NCBI RefSeq assembly: GCF_964355755.1
Contig: NC_092675.1
Location: 6,691,812-6,755,811 of the forward strand
Reading direction: 5' to 3'
DNA from: Antedon mediterranea
Taxonomy: Eukaryota; Animalia; Echinodermata
Length of the DNA stretch: 64,000 nt
How positions within the stretch are numbered: position 1 is the first letter of the stretch; each line of letters starts with the position of its first letter. A model generated the notes under the pieces. It saw only the letters and a program-made list of their open reading frames with translations. It was not told the origin of the DNA and did not search any database. Positions 39,901 through 52,800 of this stretch are shown one piece after another. The position numbers were made by a program, and so were the translations under genes.

Positions 39901-42900
39901 GTACAGTATATGTATGCTCAGGATTTAGAATGAGTGGTATATTGGTTAAGCTGCGATTTAAAGGATAAATTGGGTGGGGTTTATAAAGAATTCTAAAATA
40001 TCAACAACAGGAAAATGATGATGTACACATGAAGAAAAACTTTTGTAAACTGTTCTTCTTAGAATTAAATTTTGGCAATTAAAAATAAATCCCCCCAAAA
40101 ATGTTAGGGATATTCTGTATCCAGATTCAACACCACTCCTGAAGGTACAAAACATCTGCACATGCTAAGAAACCAGAGCTTTGGTAGTAGTAATGTTGGT
40201 TTAGTCCAGATCGCTATGTATTTTCGTGTGCAGATCATGGGGAAAGTGTAAACATTGTGTTTTATGAATATTTTAATCATGCTGGTTAAAAAAAACAAAA
40301 ATGTTGTCAAATTTATAAAAATCATCTTTGACCTCCGACCTCAATTTGAATGTTTTGACCCACTGTTGCTGTTTCCACAAATAATACATATATTTTCTTG
40401 ATAAATCATTAAATATTTATGAATGTGGATGGTGGTCAAAATAAGTCTAGAAATAGACATAAGCAGAGACCACCATTAAAAAAATAGAAAAAACATTATT
40501 ACAATGTGATTACTGTACATTAGTTAGATAAATAGATAAATAAACAAATAAATAGAAAACAAAAATAAAGGTAGAGTGGTTTATAACATATATCTTCTTT
40601 GTCTGTATATGTCATAATTCAGATGAGTATCACAACAACAATATGTTGCTTTTTTAGTTTTTTTTTGTCCAATAAAAGGTGATAAAGGATACTAGGAATT
40701 CTCTTGTCTTCATTAATTATAATAATGTCAGTGTAATCTCTTGCTTTGCATTGCGGTATAATCTTCTTAAGCGCTAACCCTCGTCGATAGTACACATGTG
40801 TGTTAGGAATACATTCTTTTAACTGCTCGCAAAACTTCATAGTCCGCTGAATAACGAAAAAAAAAACAAACAAACCAAAATGAATTTAAATTTCATTGGA
40901 TGGATGATGTTGGTTGATGAGGCAGACGAGGTGCCCACCTTGTCTGAAAGTTTCAATTTTCACCATTCACCCCAATTCCTCAGCACACAGATCAACATTA
41001 ATAAATAATTATATTTAAAGCATCTTTGCCTCGTCTGTTTTTAAACTTTTGCTACGGCCTAGTGACTGATATAGCTAGTATACTGTATGTCCAAAACTAA
41101 AATTGTATTTTAGTTTTTTAGTTTATGAGGGTGGTTAATTAATGACCCTCACAAAAATACAGACAATTTTTATAAAATACAATACATTTGTATACAGTTT
41201 TATACAGTATAGTATAATAGAAATATTTTAAAGGGATTTCAAATAAACATTTGATTAAGATTATTTGGTCTAAAAAAGAGATGGTTTTTAAAGAAGTATT
41301 GAAAGAAGAGTAAAGCTATGTCTACACTATCAAACTAAAAAAAAGTGTTATGTGCCCTAATATGGTAGTGATATTATCAAATATGGTAGTGCTATGACAT
41401 CATCACCACCATATATGGGCACATCACATTTATTTCCACATAAAGTTTGTAGTGTAGACAGAGTTTTAGATGAAGCATGTCAGTTATCTACTAGAGGAAG
41501 AGAATTAATTAAAATAGAGGATTGAAGCTAAAAACGGCTGGCATTTTTTTATAACACGCTATATACCATACTACTTTACTGAAAAAAAAAAATATATTTA
41601 CTTTTGTTTTTATTATTACATAAACCTACAATAAAAGAGATACATATAACAAACAATATTAGGGAGGTTTCGCAACCTTACGAATACGATAACGAAAACG
41701 GATACGTCATACATTTGTGAAACTTTTGAGCTGATCCCCATTTCATATTCGTAAAGCGTATTCGTGTTGACGAATATCACCAGTCATATTCGTAACTACA
41801 AAACGAGTATAGTTTTTGATCTATTTTGCACATTTTGCATTTGAATCAGGAATGATTCATGATTATAATATAATTATAGATTTATTGAAAGTAATTTACT
41901 AAAATGCCAGGTCAATTTTGATAAATAGCAGTTTTTAAAGTCCTCACTCGCTTTGATGTTACGCTATAGGCCTAGGCAGCCAAGCACCAAGCAACACGTA
42001 CCTGCGCTTCGCTCAAATTTACCGCAGTCATATTTTGGACGCACCTCAATATTTCGTTGCCATGCTTAACAGATTTTTACTGGCTTACGAAAACGAATAC
42101 GTGTACGTGACGTATCCGTTTTAGTTATCGTATTCGTAAGATTGCGAAACCTCTCTAATATTCTGTATAGAATCAATGTATTGAAAGAAAAAAACAAGGA
42201 TGAGTTTATGAGACACACAGAAATATATACTGTATGTCGCAAAAAATGAATACTTACTTCTTTATTACGTGTTATGAGATAGAATCATGTATTGTATATA
42301 TTATTGGTTTGACCTATCCAACCAGAGTCATGTTTACAAAATTACATACGGTTTTAAAAATTTGTATCTAACATTATTATTATTATTTGTTATGAAGTCA
42401 AGGTCATTGTAGATTATTAATCCATAATATATAAAAAATGTACAATTTTTGTGAGCTTCATTTTGTTATTCTTTTAATGGAAAAATATAATTTAGCACAG
42501 TACTGTATCTTGTTTATTATAAAAAAGGATTTAAAAAAAATTTAATACCATAACTTAATTTATTTATCAAAATATAAACAGAAATTAATTATAAATATAA
42601 GAAAGCTTCAATTTGTTTAATAATTGAACATCTAATTATTTTATATTATTTAAATTAGTGTAACAGCATATTTTTAAATTAATTAAAAAGGAAAACCAAT
42701 TTCCGTAGTACAGTAATTGCAGTAATATTCTTGGTTTATGGAAATAGCCTTTTTAAGATTGAATGAAAACCAAATTTAAATTTGAACTACATCATATTTT
42801 CAAGCTGATGATTAATAAAACCTCACATTATTGATTAAATTACACAAAAATGATTTGTAAACGATAGAGGGCAATAGTATCAATGGATCATAAAGTGTAC

Positions 42901-45900
42901 TGTTGGATTTATGACAGGCTCAAAATTCAGACTAGCAAACTACTAATTTGCTGGTCAGTTTTTCATAATTGCTATGTAGTTGAAGATGTCAAAACTAGCT
43001 AGTATTTGCTGGTTGTAACTGCTTTTTTAATGGTACACAGCATAACCCTATTATGGAGACACTTTTGGGATGCAAAAAGTTCCTCTTTAGGCGTGTCTCT
43101 GGAATAGAGGCTGAATCGAGTTTTAAAACATATATTCACTTTTGTTCTTTTCACACAGTCCCCTTGATATAGATGTTTCCTGTATAGGGTTATCCAAAAA
43201 TGAGTGGTTCTACTATAGTTACCTTTTAGTTTGTGTCAAATGTGTCCAAATTCAAATTGTTAATATAGAATTGATTTACCAAAAAGTGTGCGTACTTGCT
43301 TGTGTGTTGCTCTGACATTTTGCAAGTATAAGTTAGATTTTACAACCTAAATCCATCACAGACTACAATTTTGTTGGTGGGGTTATGCCAGAGAAATTAA
43401 ATGAATGATTGCACATTTAAAAAAAAAATACTGTTATACTTACAGATCTAGGTCTGTCAGATGTTGTAATAAGAATTTTTGGTTCTGTTAACCTATTGAA
43501 GTACGAAGCCATCTCATCCTGTGCTTCATCATGCATGACCTATTTATTCAAATATTTGTGAATAATTTAAAATATCAATATTTTAAAAAGATAAAATATA
43601 AACAAATCCACAATACATTGAATTGGCGAATCACAGAAGGAAGAAAAACATTTTTTAAATGTCCAGTAAACTCACTTGATTGATTGTATTCGTTATTCAA
43701 ATAAAATAGTAAATATACTAAGTATATTTATAACCTATTTCATTTCATTTATTCCACATTTATTTAGTCATCAATTACTGTACATCATAATTACAGTACA
43801 ACTGAAAACAGGGATCCTGCATAAAAAAAGCTGTAGCTTCGTTTTTTTTAATGTAGGACCCTTTTACATAAGAACAAGTATATAGTAAGTAGAACTTAAA
43901 TAAACAAAGGTGTTGTTAATCAGCATATAGTAATAAAAAGTATTTTTTGACCTGTTTTTTTATACATTTATTTTGTTTCTTTAAAGATGTATTGTCCCTT
44001 GAAACACAAAAAAATGAAAGTCAAAATATTCTAAATTTAAAGTGGCCATATCAAAGTAATATTAAAGTTATTCACTTTAAGTCGAAAATTCGAGCCAAAA
44101 ACAACAAGTTTACGTAATTAACAGGTAAATTAGTTTAAGATAAGATAAGATAAGATAACTTTTATTGATCCTCAAAAAGGAAATTCATCGCTCGTCATAA
44201 AACAAAGAAAACACTATAAAAACAAATATAGCATAAAACCATTCATATAAAAACATCTAAAAAATTACAATATAAAATTATCTTCTTGACTTCCTGTTGT
44301 ACTGGATGATACCGGAGGGAATAAAGGATTTAGCAAATCGATTTGTTTTCACACTGAGGAGCCTCAATCTACCACTTGGATTAAGTTGGTCTATGATCAC
44401 TTTGTGGAGAGGATGAGAGGCATCCGACTCAATGCGTTCGAAATCTTTCTGGAGGTGTTCTAGGTGCACATCGGTAAAGGAAGGCAGTTCCAGACCAATC
44501 ATTTTACCAGCCCGACGGATGAAAGTTTCAAGGCGTCCTTTATTCCCTCCGGTAACATTACCAGCCCAACAGGAGAGGCAATACGTCCAAACACTACATA
44601 TAACGGATCTATAGAACGAAAGTAACATCAAATCACAGGAGTTAAATTTATATAAAGTTCTCATACAATACATTCTGGGACTTAATTTTTTGCTGATGAA
44701 GTCTATATGGTCTCCCCAACTCAGTTTATCATTGAAAACAACTCCTAGATACTTGTACTGGTCAACAATTTCAATTTCTTTACCTTTGATAGTGATTGGT
44801 TGAAAATTAAATTTATGTTTAGTCCTAAAATCAATGATCATCTCCTTTGTTTTTGATGCATTTATTTGGAGATAATTATCGTCACAAAATTTAACAAATC
44901 TTTGTATTTCGCTACGATAATTTTCATCATTGTTTGAAACTATGAGACCAATAGTACTAGTGTCATCAGCGAATTTAACAACGGGGCAAAGCTCATCATT
45001 TAAAGATCTGTAATCCGCCGTATACAAGGAATATAATTTAGGTGCGTTGACAGTACCCTGAGGAACACCGGTGTCAGAGGTTACGATTTCTGACTTAACA
45101 CCATTAATATTAACAAATTGTTTTCTATCACAAATGAAATTTAAAACTAAACGAACAATCGGACGGGGAAACTCCATATTCAACATTTTGTCTGCTAAGA
45201 TATGGGGTTGTATGGTATTAAACGCAGATTGAAAATCAAAATACATAATACGTGCCGAGTGGCCTTTCTTTACATTATCTAGATGTGAATACAATTTATG
45301 TAATTTAAAATAAATCGCATCACTGGTACTACGGAGTGATCGGTAAGCAAATTGCAACGGGTCTAACACTTTTTCAGCATAAGGTTGCATAATTTTTAAA
45401 ATAATACGTTCCAATATTTTCATCGCGACAGACGTGAGTGCAACGGGTCTCAAATCATTCATGCTGTTAATCTTAGGTTTCTTAGGTACCGGTATTATGC
45501 ATGAAAGTTTCCAAATATCCGGGAACGCATGATAAGAAAGACACATATTGAAAATAAATGTAAATATACCATCAAGGTGAGGAGAGCAGACCTTAAGTAC
45601 TCGTGGTGGGATTCTATCCGGCCCAGCAGCCTTCGATGAATTGAGTTTCATGAATTCGTTATGTACATCAGAAATGCTTATACTAAATTTGGGATCATCT
45701 TCAGTCACCCGACACAAGCTAAATAGAGCCTCTCTTTCTTTTTTAAAATCATGAACATTAAAACGGTTATAAAATTCATTTAACTCATTAACATATTGCA
45801 CAGTAACATTCGGAATCGAGGTGGGTGTATTACCACCGTTTGTGTAACCACTCATAAGTTTCATACCCTGCCAAACTTGTTTCATATTATTAGACCTGAA

Positions 45901-48596
45901 GTTATGTTCAACTTTTTTCCTATAAATGTTCTTCTGTTTCATTATTTCAGATTTAATCTCTCTAGTCAATATTTTCATACGATTAGAGTCGCCCATCTTA
46001 AAGGCTTTACGTTTCTCACACAACAGTAAATTAACGCCTTTCGTGATCCATGGCTTGTTGTTAGGGTAGATTTTCACTTTTTTAACTGGAACGCATTTAT
46101 CAATACAAAAGTTTATGTACGAGCTCACTGCATAAGTAATACTATTCAAATCTTCATCCTCCGTAAAAATATCCCAATCGGTAGATTCAAATTCCGCTAT
46201 CAGGGCTTCCTCGGCTTCAGGAGACCATTTACGTACATTAATAATTTTTGGTTGGCATGTCTTATTTAACGGGCGATATTTAGGACTGAGTAAAATCAAA
46301 TTATGATCAGATTTGCCCAAGTTCGGTAGTGGGGTCGAAATATAGGCATCCTTCACACTAGAGTAGCATAAATCAAGAATCGCGTTGTCCCTCGTTTTAC
46401 ATGTAACATGCTGATAATAAGTGGCCGTTGTTTTCTTGAGCTTGCATCTGTTGAAATCGCCATTGATAATTACAAGCGCCTCAGGGTGACTACACTCAAT
46501 ACCTTCGATAATTTCTGCGATCTCATTTATAGCAGGCTTTTCAAGCTTTTTGTTAGGTATGTATACCATAACATTGATAACATGCGAGAACTCTCTCGGA
46601 AGATAGTAGGGGCGAATACCAACAACCAGCACTTCCGAGTGTGGCGAACATTTATGAAGCTTAAGCGTAGAGTTATTTGGATTACATTTCATCTGGAAAA
46701 TCGTCACGAGCGAAAGTAAACAAAGATTTCAAACCATGAGTACGCATTATGCATATGCTAAATTAGGATTATTTACAACTCGTCACGGTTAAGAAGGTAT
46801 TTTCACACAGATCATGAGGAAGTTTTATGATTATGCATACAGAGTAGCCAAACAAGTGCGTTTCATTATGGGATATGTTTTGATTGAAAACTTTGACTGG
46901 AAGTCAAAGTTATTTTTTTAACAAAAAAACGTCTGTATTTCAGTTAAATTTTTTTTTTTTCGAAAAATGTTTGGTGATAGTTAATAACTATTATGATACT
47001 TTAAAATGACCCACCTTTTTTCGAAATCTTTTATTTTTTATTTTTTTTGGAATTAGTCAAAGGGACAATACATCTTTAAAATAACCGGTTTATTACCACC
47101 ATTACAAGTGAATTATTTCCACAATTTTGGTCCATATATGTGTATAAACTGTTAGTTAAACAAGTTAGTCTTTATTAACTCGACAATTAAAAATATGTCC
47201 ACTTATTTCCAATGGAGTCAAAACCGTTTATACAGAAAAGTTAGTTAAGTCATACATAATTAAATTAAATGAAAATACAATAAACTAAAAGGTGTGTAAA
47301 ATGAAGAAAGTTATAGCTTATAGAGAATGAATGAAAACTTTTACCATTTGTATACATACATATTATTTGTGAAAATCTTTTTAATATTTATTTACTGTAA
47401 TAATACCTCTTGATCAGTTGGGTCAACCATGGTCTCGTCATACACTCTCAAGTTTTCAATAGTCTTGGGTGCTTGTTTTGGTGGTGCCTGGTTAAAAAAC
47501 AAATTTATAAAAACCATTACTTTTTAATATAAAATATTAAATAAATATATAAAACATAAAAATTGTAATTCAATTAAAAATATACCAAAAAATGTAAGAA
47601 ATATAAAAAAAAAACTAATTTAAAGGTTAATTATTAATAAGCCACTTTAAAATATCACAATGAAATGTGAAAAACATAGCAAACAGTACAGTTGTCCTAT
47701 CTTATGCACTATATAGGGCCTACCCGTACTACACACAGTACTTACTTAAAACGTTATGGCTAAAGATACGGTACCGTATCCATACTTTTAAAAACTAAAG
47801 GTACGGTAATTATAGAGGGCGCTATGTAATGTGGATGTTAATCAAATAGGTTATTGCATTGGTTTTCTGCAACCCAGCTGTGTAGCCTAGTGGGCATGTG
47901 ATGAGGCTTTGGCTTAAGGGGTTGGAGGTTCGATACTCTTCTTGACGTCTTTTTTTATTTATTTATATTTACCTGTACGAGTTTTAGGAATGCAATTTTA
48001 CCGTACTTTTAGCAAACGGAAGCGCCCTCTATAATTACCGTATCTTTAGTTTTTAAAAGCATGGATACGGTACCGTATCTTTAGCAACGGCGTACTTAAA
48101 AACCCTTATTAGTTACCTTATCACCTAGCATTTTTGATTCTTTCTTCCTCAGTTTTTTCTGCTTAATTTCACGCTGAAATGTAGAAAAAATGTTTTATGA
48201 TGGATCAATGCAATAGAAAAAGTGGTACTGTACACATAGAGGTATAAACATCTAATTTATAATAACCTAATAACTCCATGCTTCACGTTTCACTACCCAC
48301 CAAACATGGGCGAACCGTCCTGACCTAACTAAGAAGGCCGCTAACCCGTGTGTGTACCACGCTCACTTATTAGAGAGGCAGGCATACATTTTACATAGGC
48401 CTAGGCCTAGCCTAATAGCCTATCTTACTTTTCTTTTTTCAGTTTTCAATTGCCTGTATATTTCCATCCTTCGTTTCTTGTTCTTTATACTTGATATATT
48501 GGGTGCTGGAATTCCACTATCAGCAGCAGGAGTTTGGTTACTTTCCTCATTATTAGAGGTTAAAACCGTCGTCGACGTCCACATGTTTTCAGCCAT
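30572..48596 (-). CDS. RPF1: Ribosome production factor 1 (Brix-domain protein), 328 aa
   Basis: Exons 48596-48429, 48173-48117, 47487-47407, 43539-43444, 40846-40693, 39799-39717, 39422-39244, 38756-38630, 30613-30572 total 987 nt in frame. Motifs: [81 protein letters not shown], and C-terminal SRRKFFL*. Confidence 0.96.
32150..32365 (-). mobile_element. 3' remnant of an L2/CR1-group LINE
   Basis: Translation [17 protein letters not shown]....[10 protein letters not shown] is typical of the L2 ORF2 C-terminus, followed by a cagcgcc..ggcgctatataaat stem and a (TGAT)n tail. Similar L2-type 3' ends at ~32105-32150 (+), ~33540-33700 (-) and ~58758-58822 (+). Confidence 0.8.
36306..36590 (-). 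mobile_element. tRNA-derived SINE with Deu/Nin-like central domain
   Basis: Minus strand: gtggccaagcggttaag A-box, ggttcgag B-box, then gtcttctcggataaggactgtaaaccgtgggtcc...gcactttaaagaacc...gagtatggggttacccc, resembling the DeuSINE/Nin domain (recognised from memory). Confidence 0.7.
37140..37395 (-). mobile_element. tRNA-derived SINE with CORE-like domain
   Basis: Minus strand: gtggcgcagggtg A-box, ggttcgaatcc B-box, then tccttagtcaagatacttt...gcctctctccacccaggtgtataaataggtacc. Confidence 0.75.
38115..38440 (+). mobile_element. piggyBac-like 5' end remnant
   Basis: TTAA followed by cactttcactgcc and duplicated subterminal palindromes aaagacggaaat(a/t)tccgtcttt. A downstream frame reads [19 protein letters not shown], like the acidic N-terminus of piggyBac transposases. 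Confidence 0.55.
39800..40692 (-). other. U12-type (minor spliceosome) GT-AG intron, RPF1 intron 5
   Basis: 5' splice site GTATCCTTT. Branch-like CACTTAAC lies ~12 nt before the 3' AG and there is no long polypyrimidine tract. Confidence 0.85.
41661..42156. mobile_element. Harbinger-like MITE with ~50-bp TIRs in RPF1 intron 4
   Basis: agggaggtttcgcaaccttacgaatacgataacgaaaacggatacgtca / tgacgtatccgttttagttatcgtattcgtaagattgcgaaacctctct. Confidence 0.8.
43985..47075. mobile_element. Kolobok/T2-like MITE (TTAA TSD, AG...CT termini) interrupted by a LINE
   Basis: TTAA|AGATGTATTGTCCCT ... AGGGACAATACATCT|TTAA. Related termini at ~10243 and ~37626. Confidence 0.8.
44137..46707 (-). mobile_element. 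5'-truncated non-LTR retrotransposon (Rex1/Babar-like, CR1 group) with an uninterrupted 809-codon ORF2 fragment (44278-46707)
   Basis: C-terminal half of an APE endonuclease ([22 protein letters not shown]). RT motifs [39 protein letters not shown]-terminal HPLH..PSGR..SFIP. Short 3'UTR with AATAAA and a (TCTTA)n tail. Confidence 0.95.
47752..48092. mobile_element. Mutator-like MITE (9-bp TSD TACTTAAAA, ~70-bp TIRs) carrying a tRNA-like internal segment
   Basis: TSD at 47743-47751 and 48093-48101. TIR gctaaagatacggtaccgtatcc...ttatagagggcgct. Internal tagcctagtgg and ggttcgatact. Confidence 0.75.
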
Positions 48597-49737
48597 TTTT
48601 GTTAACGGATGAATGGAGCTGAGGTCAATCTTTGGGTCAACCGACCGTCGTGTGTCTAATTCATTATTTTTTATTTGCACGGCTGTTCAGTCCTTACGTA
48701 GCCAGTCTACTTGTACAGGTCATTTAAGCAGATGGTGTTGAAAACAGGGGATACCTAAAAAGAGACGAAAGAAGGAAAAGGTGGATATGTAAAATTAATT
48801 TTATTTTTTATCCGATATGTGGGTTCGTCCCACTTTTATTTTCATATACATTTATCTTAACATTGTTATTTTGTATGCATATCTCTTTAGACATTCTTAC
48901 AATTTTTTTCATATTAACATTATTTATTTTTAAATTAATCTGTCAATATATTATCCCTTAGCACATTTTCAGGATTTTTTAATATATGTATTTTCTTATA
49001 CCACAGTGCAAAATCAAAACAATTCTTTGTCATATTATCTTTATCTATAGTAATTTACACATTTTAGTTATCTAAACATCATTTAAAAAGTTGTATTATT
49101 TTTCGCAAACAAAAATGCCAATAAAATAAAATGCAATTCGAAAACAGACTAATCTAAATTGATTATTAAGTAATATAAGGATGAAAATAAATATACCGTG
49201 TTGGACTTTCTGTGTCCAAACTGAATGCAAAATAAAAGAAAAACGTCTTAATTCATTGACTTAATTGAATGATCTTTTCTTTACTTTGTTTTGACCTATT
49301 ATATTTCAATTAATGTAAGTTTTTTTTTTTTATATTTTGTATGGTTACCATTTGTATCATTGATAAGCCAATTTTTTATTTTTTTTTTATGTATAAAACA
49401 TTATTTTAATGCTTTGTGTGCTACTAATTGCAATACTTAGAATACAGTTTCTATAAACTAAGTATTTAGACATTTTACTATTTTAACACATTCTTATTTA
49501 TGGTGTCAACTTATTTATAAGAAGTAATGAAAAAAAAGAAAAGGAGTGGAAAAATTAATGCAAAATCGACCAAATGGAATTATGCAGATACAAGCTGTTA
49601 TGAAATATAGATATTATCTAATTGATAATACAACAGACAAGGTAGGCTACAACTCTGTCTTGTTTTTTTGTTGTTGTATTTCAACTCATTACGTCTGAGT
49701 TCGCGAGAACATGACAGATGATGATATAATCTACAGA

Positions 49738-49747
49738 TATATAAATA
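49738..49747 (+). promoter_or_regulatory. Candidate TATA box of lipase A
   Basis: TATATAAATA ~60 nt upstream of the ATG. The position is plausible but the background is AT-rich. Confidence 0.4.
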
Positions 49748-49801
49748 TGATAAAAGACATTAAGCATTAAACCGTATTAGTACACACGAACCTGCAACAC
49801 A

Positions 49802-52800
49802 ATGAGGTTTATTTTGACGATTTTCGCCACCATATTTGTGGTACAGGGGGCAGCGAAAGGTAAGTTATAAACATTTCAAATTTATAATCAATATCTCAAC
49901 AAATATTCCTTCACAAATTTCGGTGTTTTAAGCGCGAGAAGTTATTGTCTGTCATAGGCACAAAAGTCACGTATACCAAGGCCTACTTTAGAGCAGTGAC
50001 CGTATGCCTATTTCGACTTCAAAATAGCCATAGCCATATCAGGATATAGGAAGATATTCACAATTATCACAATAACCCAATGATGCCGTATCAATCAAAT
50101 GCATCTCATTGTGTGTATTGATATATTATATACCTCTCCGGCTGGGACGGAAAATAGCAATAGGACACCCAATAAACTCCTACAAGTTAGCTTAAAGTTT
50201 CATTTGAGGAACAATGGAATAAGCAGTGTAACAGGCATGAGTACATTTTTCGTTTTTTTCATTTAGATGTTGACATTTTGGATTCAGACACTGTTTGTTA
50301 CCCAGATTTGGGATGCTTCGATAAAGGCCCTCCCTTCTTTGATCCACTAAATCGTCCGATAAGTTACCTCCCAGACACACGAGACGAAGTCGGCACCGAA
50401 TTCCTTCTGAACACGAGATCGAATCCAATAACTCCCCAATTTATATATACTACCGATCTATCAACACTGACGTCATCACTCTTCAATCCATCGAAAGAAA
50501 CGAAAATAGTCTGCCATGGATATACTGAAAGTGCGTATGCTAATTGGATGGTTGAAATGGTTCCAGAATTTCTCAATCATGATGACTTTAACGTAATAAG
50601 AGTGAATTGGGCCAAAGGGGCAATGGCTGTGTATGGCCAGTCTACGGCTAACACAAGAATCGTTGGTGCAGAAATTTCATACCTATTAGATAAAATGAAG
50701 GTATACAGTATTATTATTTTTTTTTAGCAATGCATGAAACATGGTCAACCGTCCTTGTGATAGAGATCGACCCGTGCGTGTTTTCTATAGGCACGGTCGA
50801 CCAACGGTGCGCGTGAAATTTAATATTCGTTTATCGACACAGTGAACCGATGTGTGGCATGGTCGGCTGTGCAGATAGATAGTTTCTAAAAGCACTTTCA
50901 AACGTTCCGATAGTCAATATTCTGGGATGGGTATTTCAATTATATTTTATTGAATAATAACAATAATAACAAATCAATGTTTTACACTAGATTTTGTACG
51001 GATACAGTGCAGACAAAGTGCATATAATTGGGCATAGCCTAGGTGCACACATTGCGGGGTACGCTGGAGAGAAACAGACTGCACCTAAGTTGAAACGTAT
51101 TACAGGACTTGACCCTGCTGGGCCCTACTTTGAAGATACTGATGTGGTGGTTCGACTCGATCCAAGTGACGCAACGTTTGTAGATGCTATACACACGGAT
51201 ACGGATCCCCTCTATACAACTGGTAAATATAATTTATTTTCACTAGAGCAGAGGAGATATCATTTAGAGAATTAGGAAATGGTGGAGAAAAGGTTTAAGT
51301 GTAATTAGACGTGTTAAAAGCACTGATGTGGTCTTTTTTTTTTACCGTGATAATGACGTGATAAACGTTCTTTTAATTATGTGCGTATACCTGAAAATGT
51401 TTTAACTTACATTTTTTTTTGCTGGCAAATCTAATTTATGTTGGTTTATCACATTATTCTTTAAAGGAATGGGCATATACATGCCGGTTGCTCATTTTGA
51501 TTTTTACGTCAATGGCGGACATGACCAACCAGGGTGTGACAAAGGTTTTATAAACCACATTGTTGTAGAAGGTGCGATCTATCAAGGTAATGAGTTGAAA
51601 TTTTGTTTGAATAAGTCTAATATTGTCATGTTGAAATATGTAGTGGAAGTCTAAAGCGACGGATTCGATATAACTGTTAAGGGTTACACTACACACCGCC
51701 GAAGGAACTGTATTTTTGCTCAATGGATGCAATGCAAGAACGTACAGTACATATAACACAAGTAACGGTCGCTTGTGATTGGTCACATTTGCGTATATTC
51801 TCTTTGCGTATTTAATGTAAAATATACACTTAATTTGATATTACAAATAGTTCTTTTTTCTTCACAGGTGGGGTACAATTCGTGGCCTGTGAACATTTCA
51901 GAGCATGTGACGTCTTCGTTGAATCAATAAACACCCAGTGTTCATTTTTAAGCTACGATTGCACATCCTACGGCTATGAAGATACAGGATATAGCAATTT
52001 TATAGATGGTAGATGCTTTGGACCAACAGTAAATCAAGCTCGAATGGGTTTTCATGCCGATGGGCCTATCAGTGGAAAAGAAAACGTCATCTTTTTCTTA
52101 CGTACTCGTGACAAGCCTGGATACTGTGGTAGGTTATTATAGCGAGATATATAATCGTATGGGATATCGGACCAGCATATGAGAGGCTTGTGTTTGAGAC
52201 CTACCTGTACTATATTGCTGGTATCATAAGAAAAGCTACTATACTTTCTATGGATGAGACATAATGCCTTTACATGACTCGACTTTGTATATACCATGTA
52301 CATGTAATGAACATGTGTACGATACATAATATGGTTGTGGCTGCCGCAGGCGTGGGCCGGTTCTAATCAGAATTTCCTCTACTTCCAAACGAATTGTGTA
52401 CAACTACTACTCCTCCTACTACTAATAATAATGATAGTAATAATTAATTGTATTACTTTGTATTTTCTTTAAGGCCATCCATTCCTTTTCAATGTGTTCA
52501 TCGATGACCCTGGATGGATAAAGGGAGACAAGGAGATAGGGACTATATTTGTTTCTCTTATTGGACAAGATCAGCAATCTGAGAGAATCTTATTAACACC
52601 GTAAGCATCACATTCAAGCAATTTAAAATATTTATATTTATACAGTAATACTTTCCGAATTCCGGGATAAACAATGACCTTGAATGTTTTTTTTTGTTAA
52701 TAGGGAATCCTTTCTAATGAAGCCAGGGGATGACTATAATTTCGTAGCAGTTTCTGACGTGATTCCAGGCCCAATAGTCGGTGCTACGATTGAGTGGGAG

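Noticed and set aside
40900-40950. C/D-box snoRNA-like TGATGA...CTGA
   Set aside because: It is on the strand opposite to the host RPF1 transcript and the spacing is too short.
44432-46719. Plus-strand ORFs overlapping the LINE
   Set aside because: Antisense shadows of the RT ORF with no recognisable motifs.
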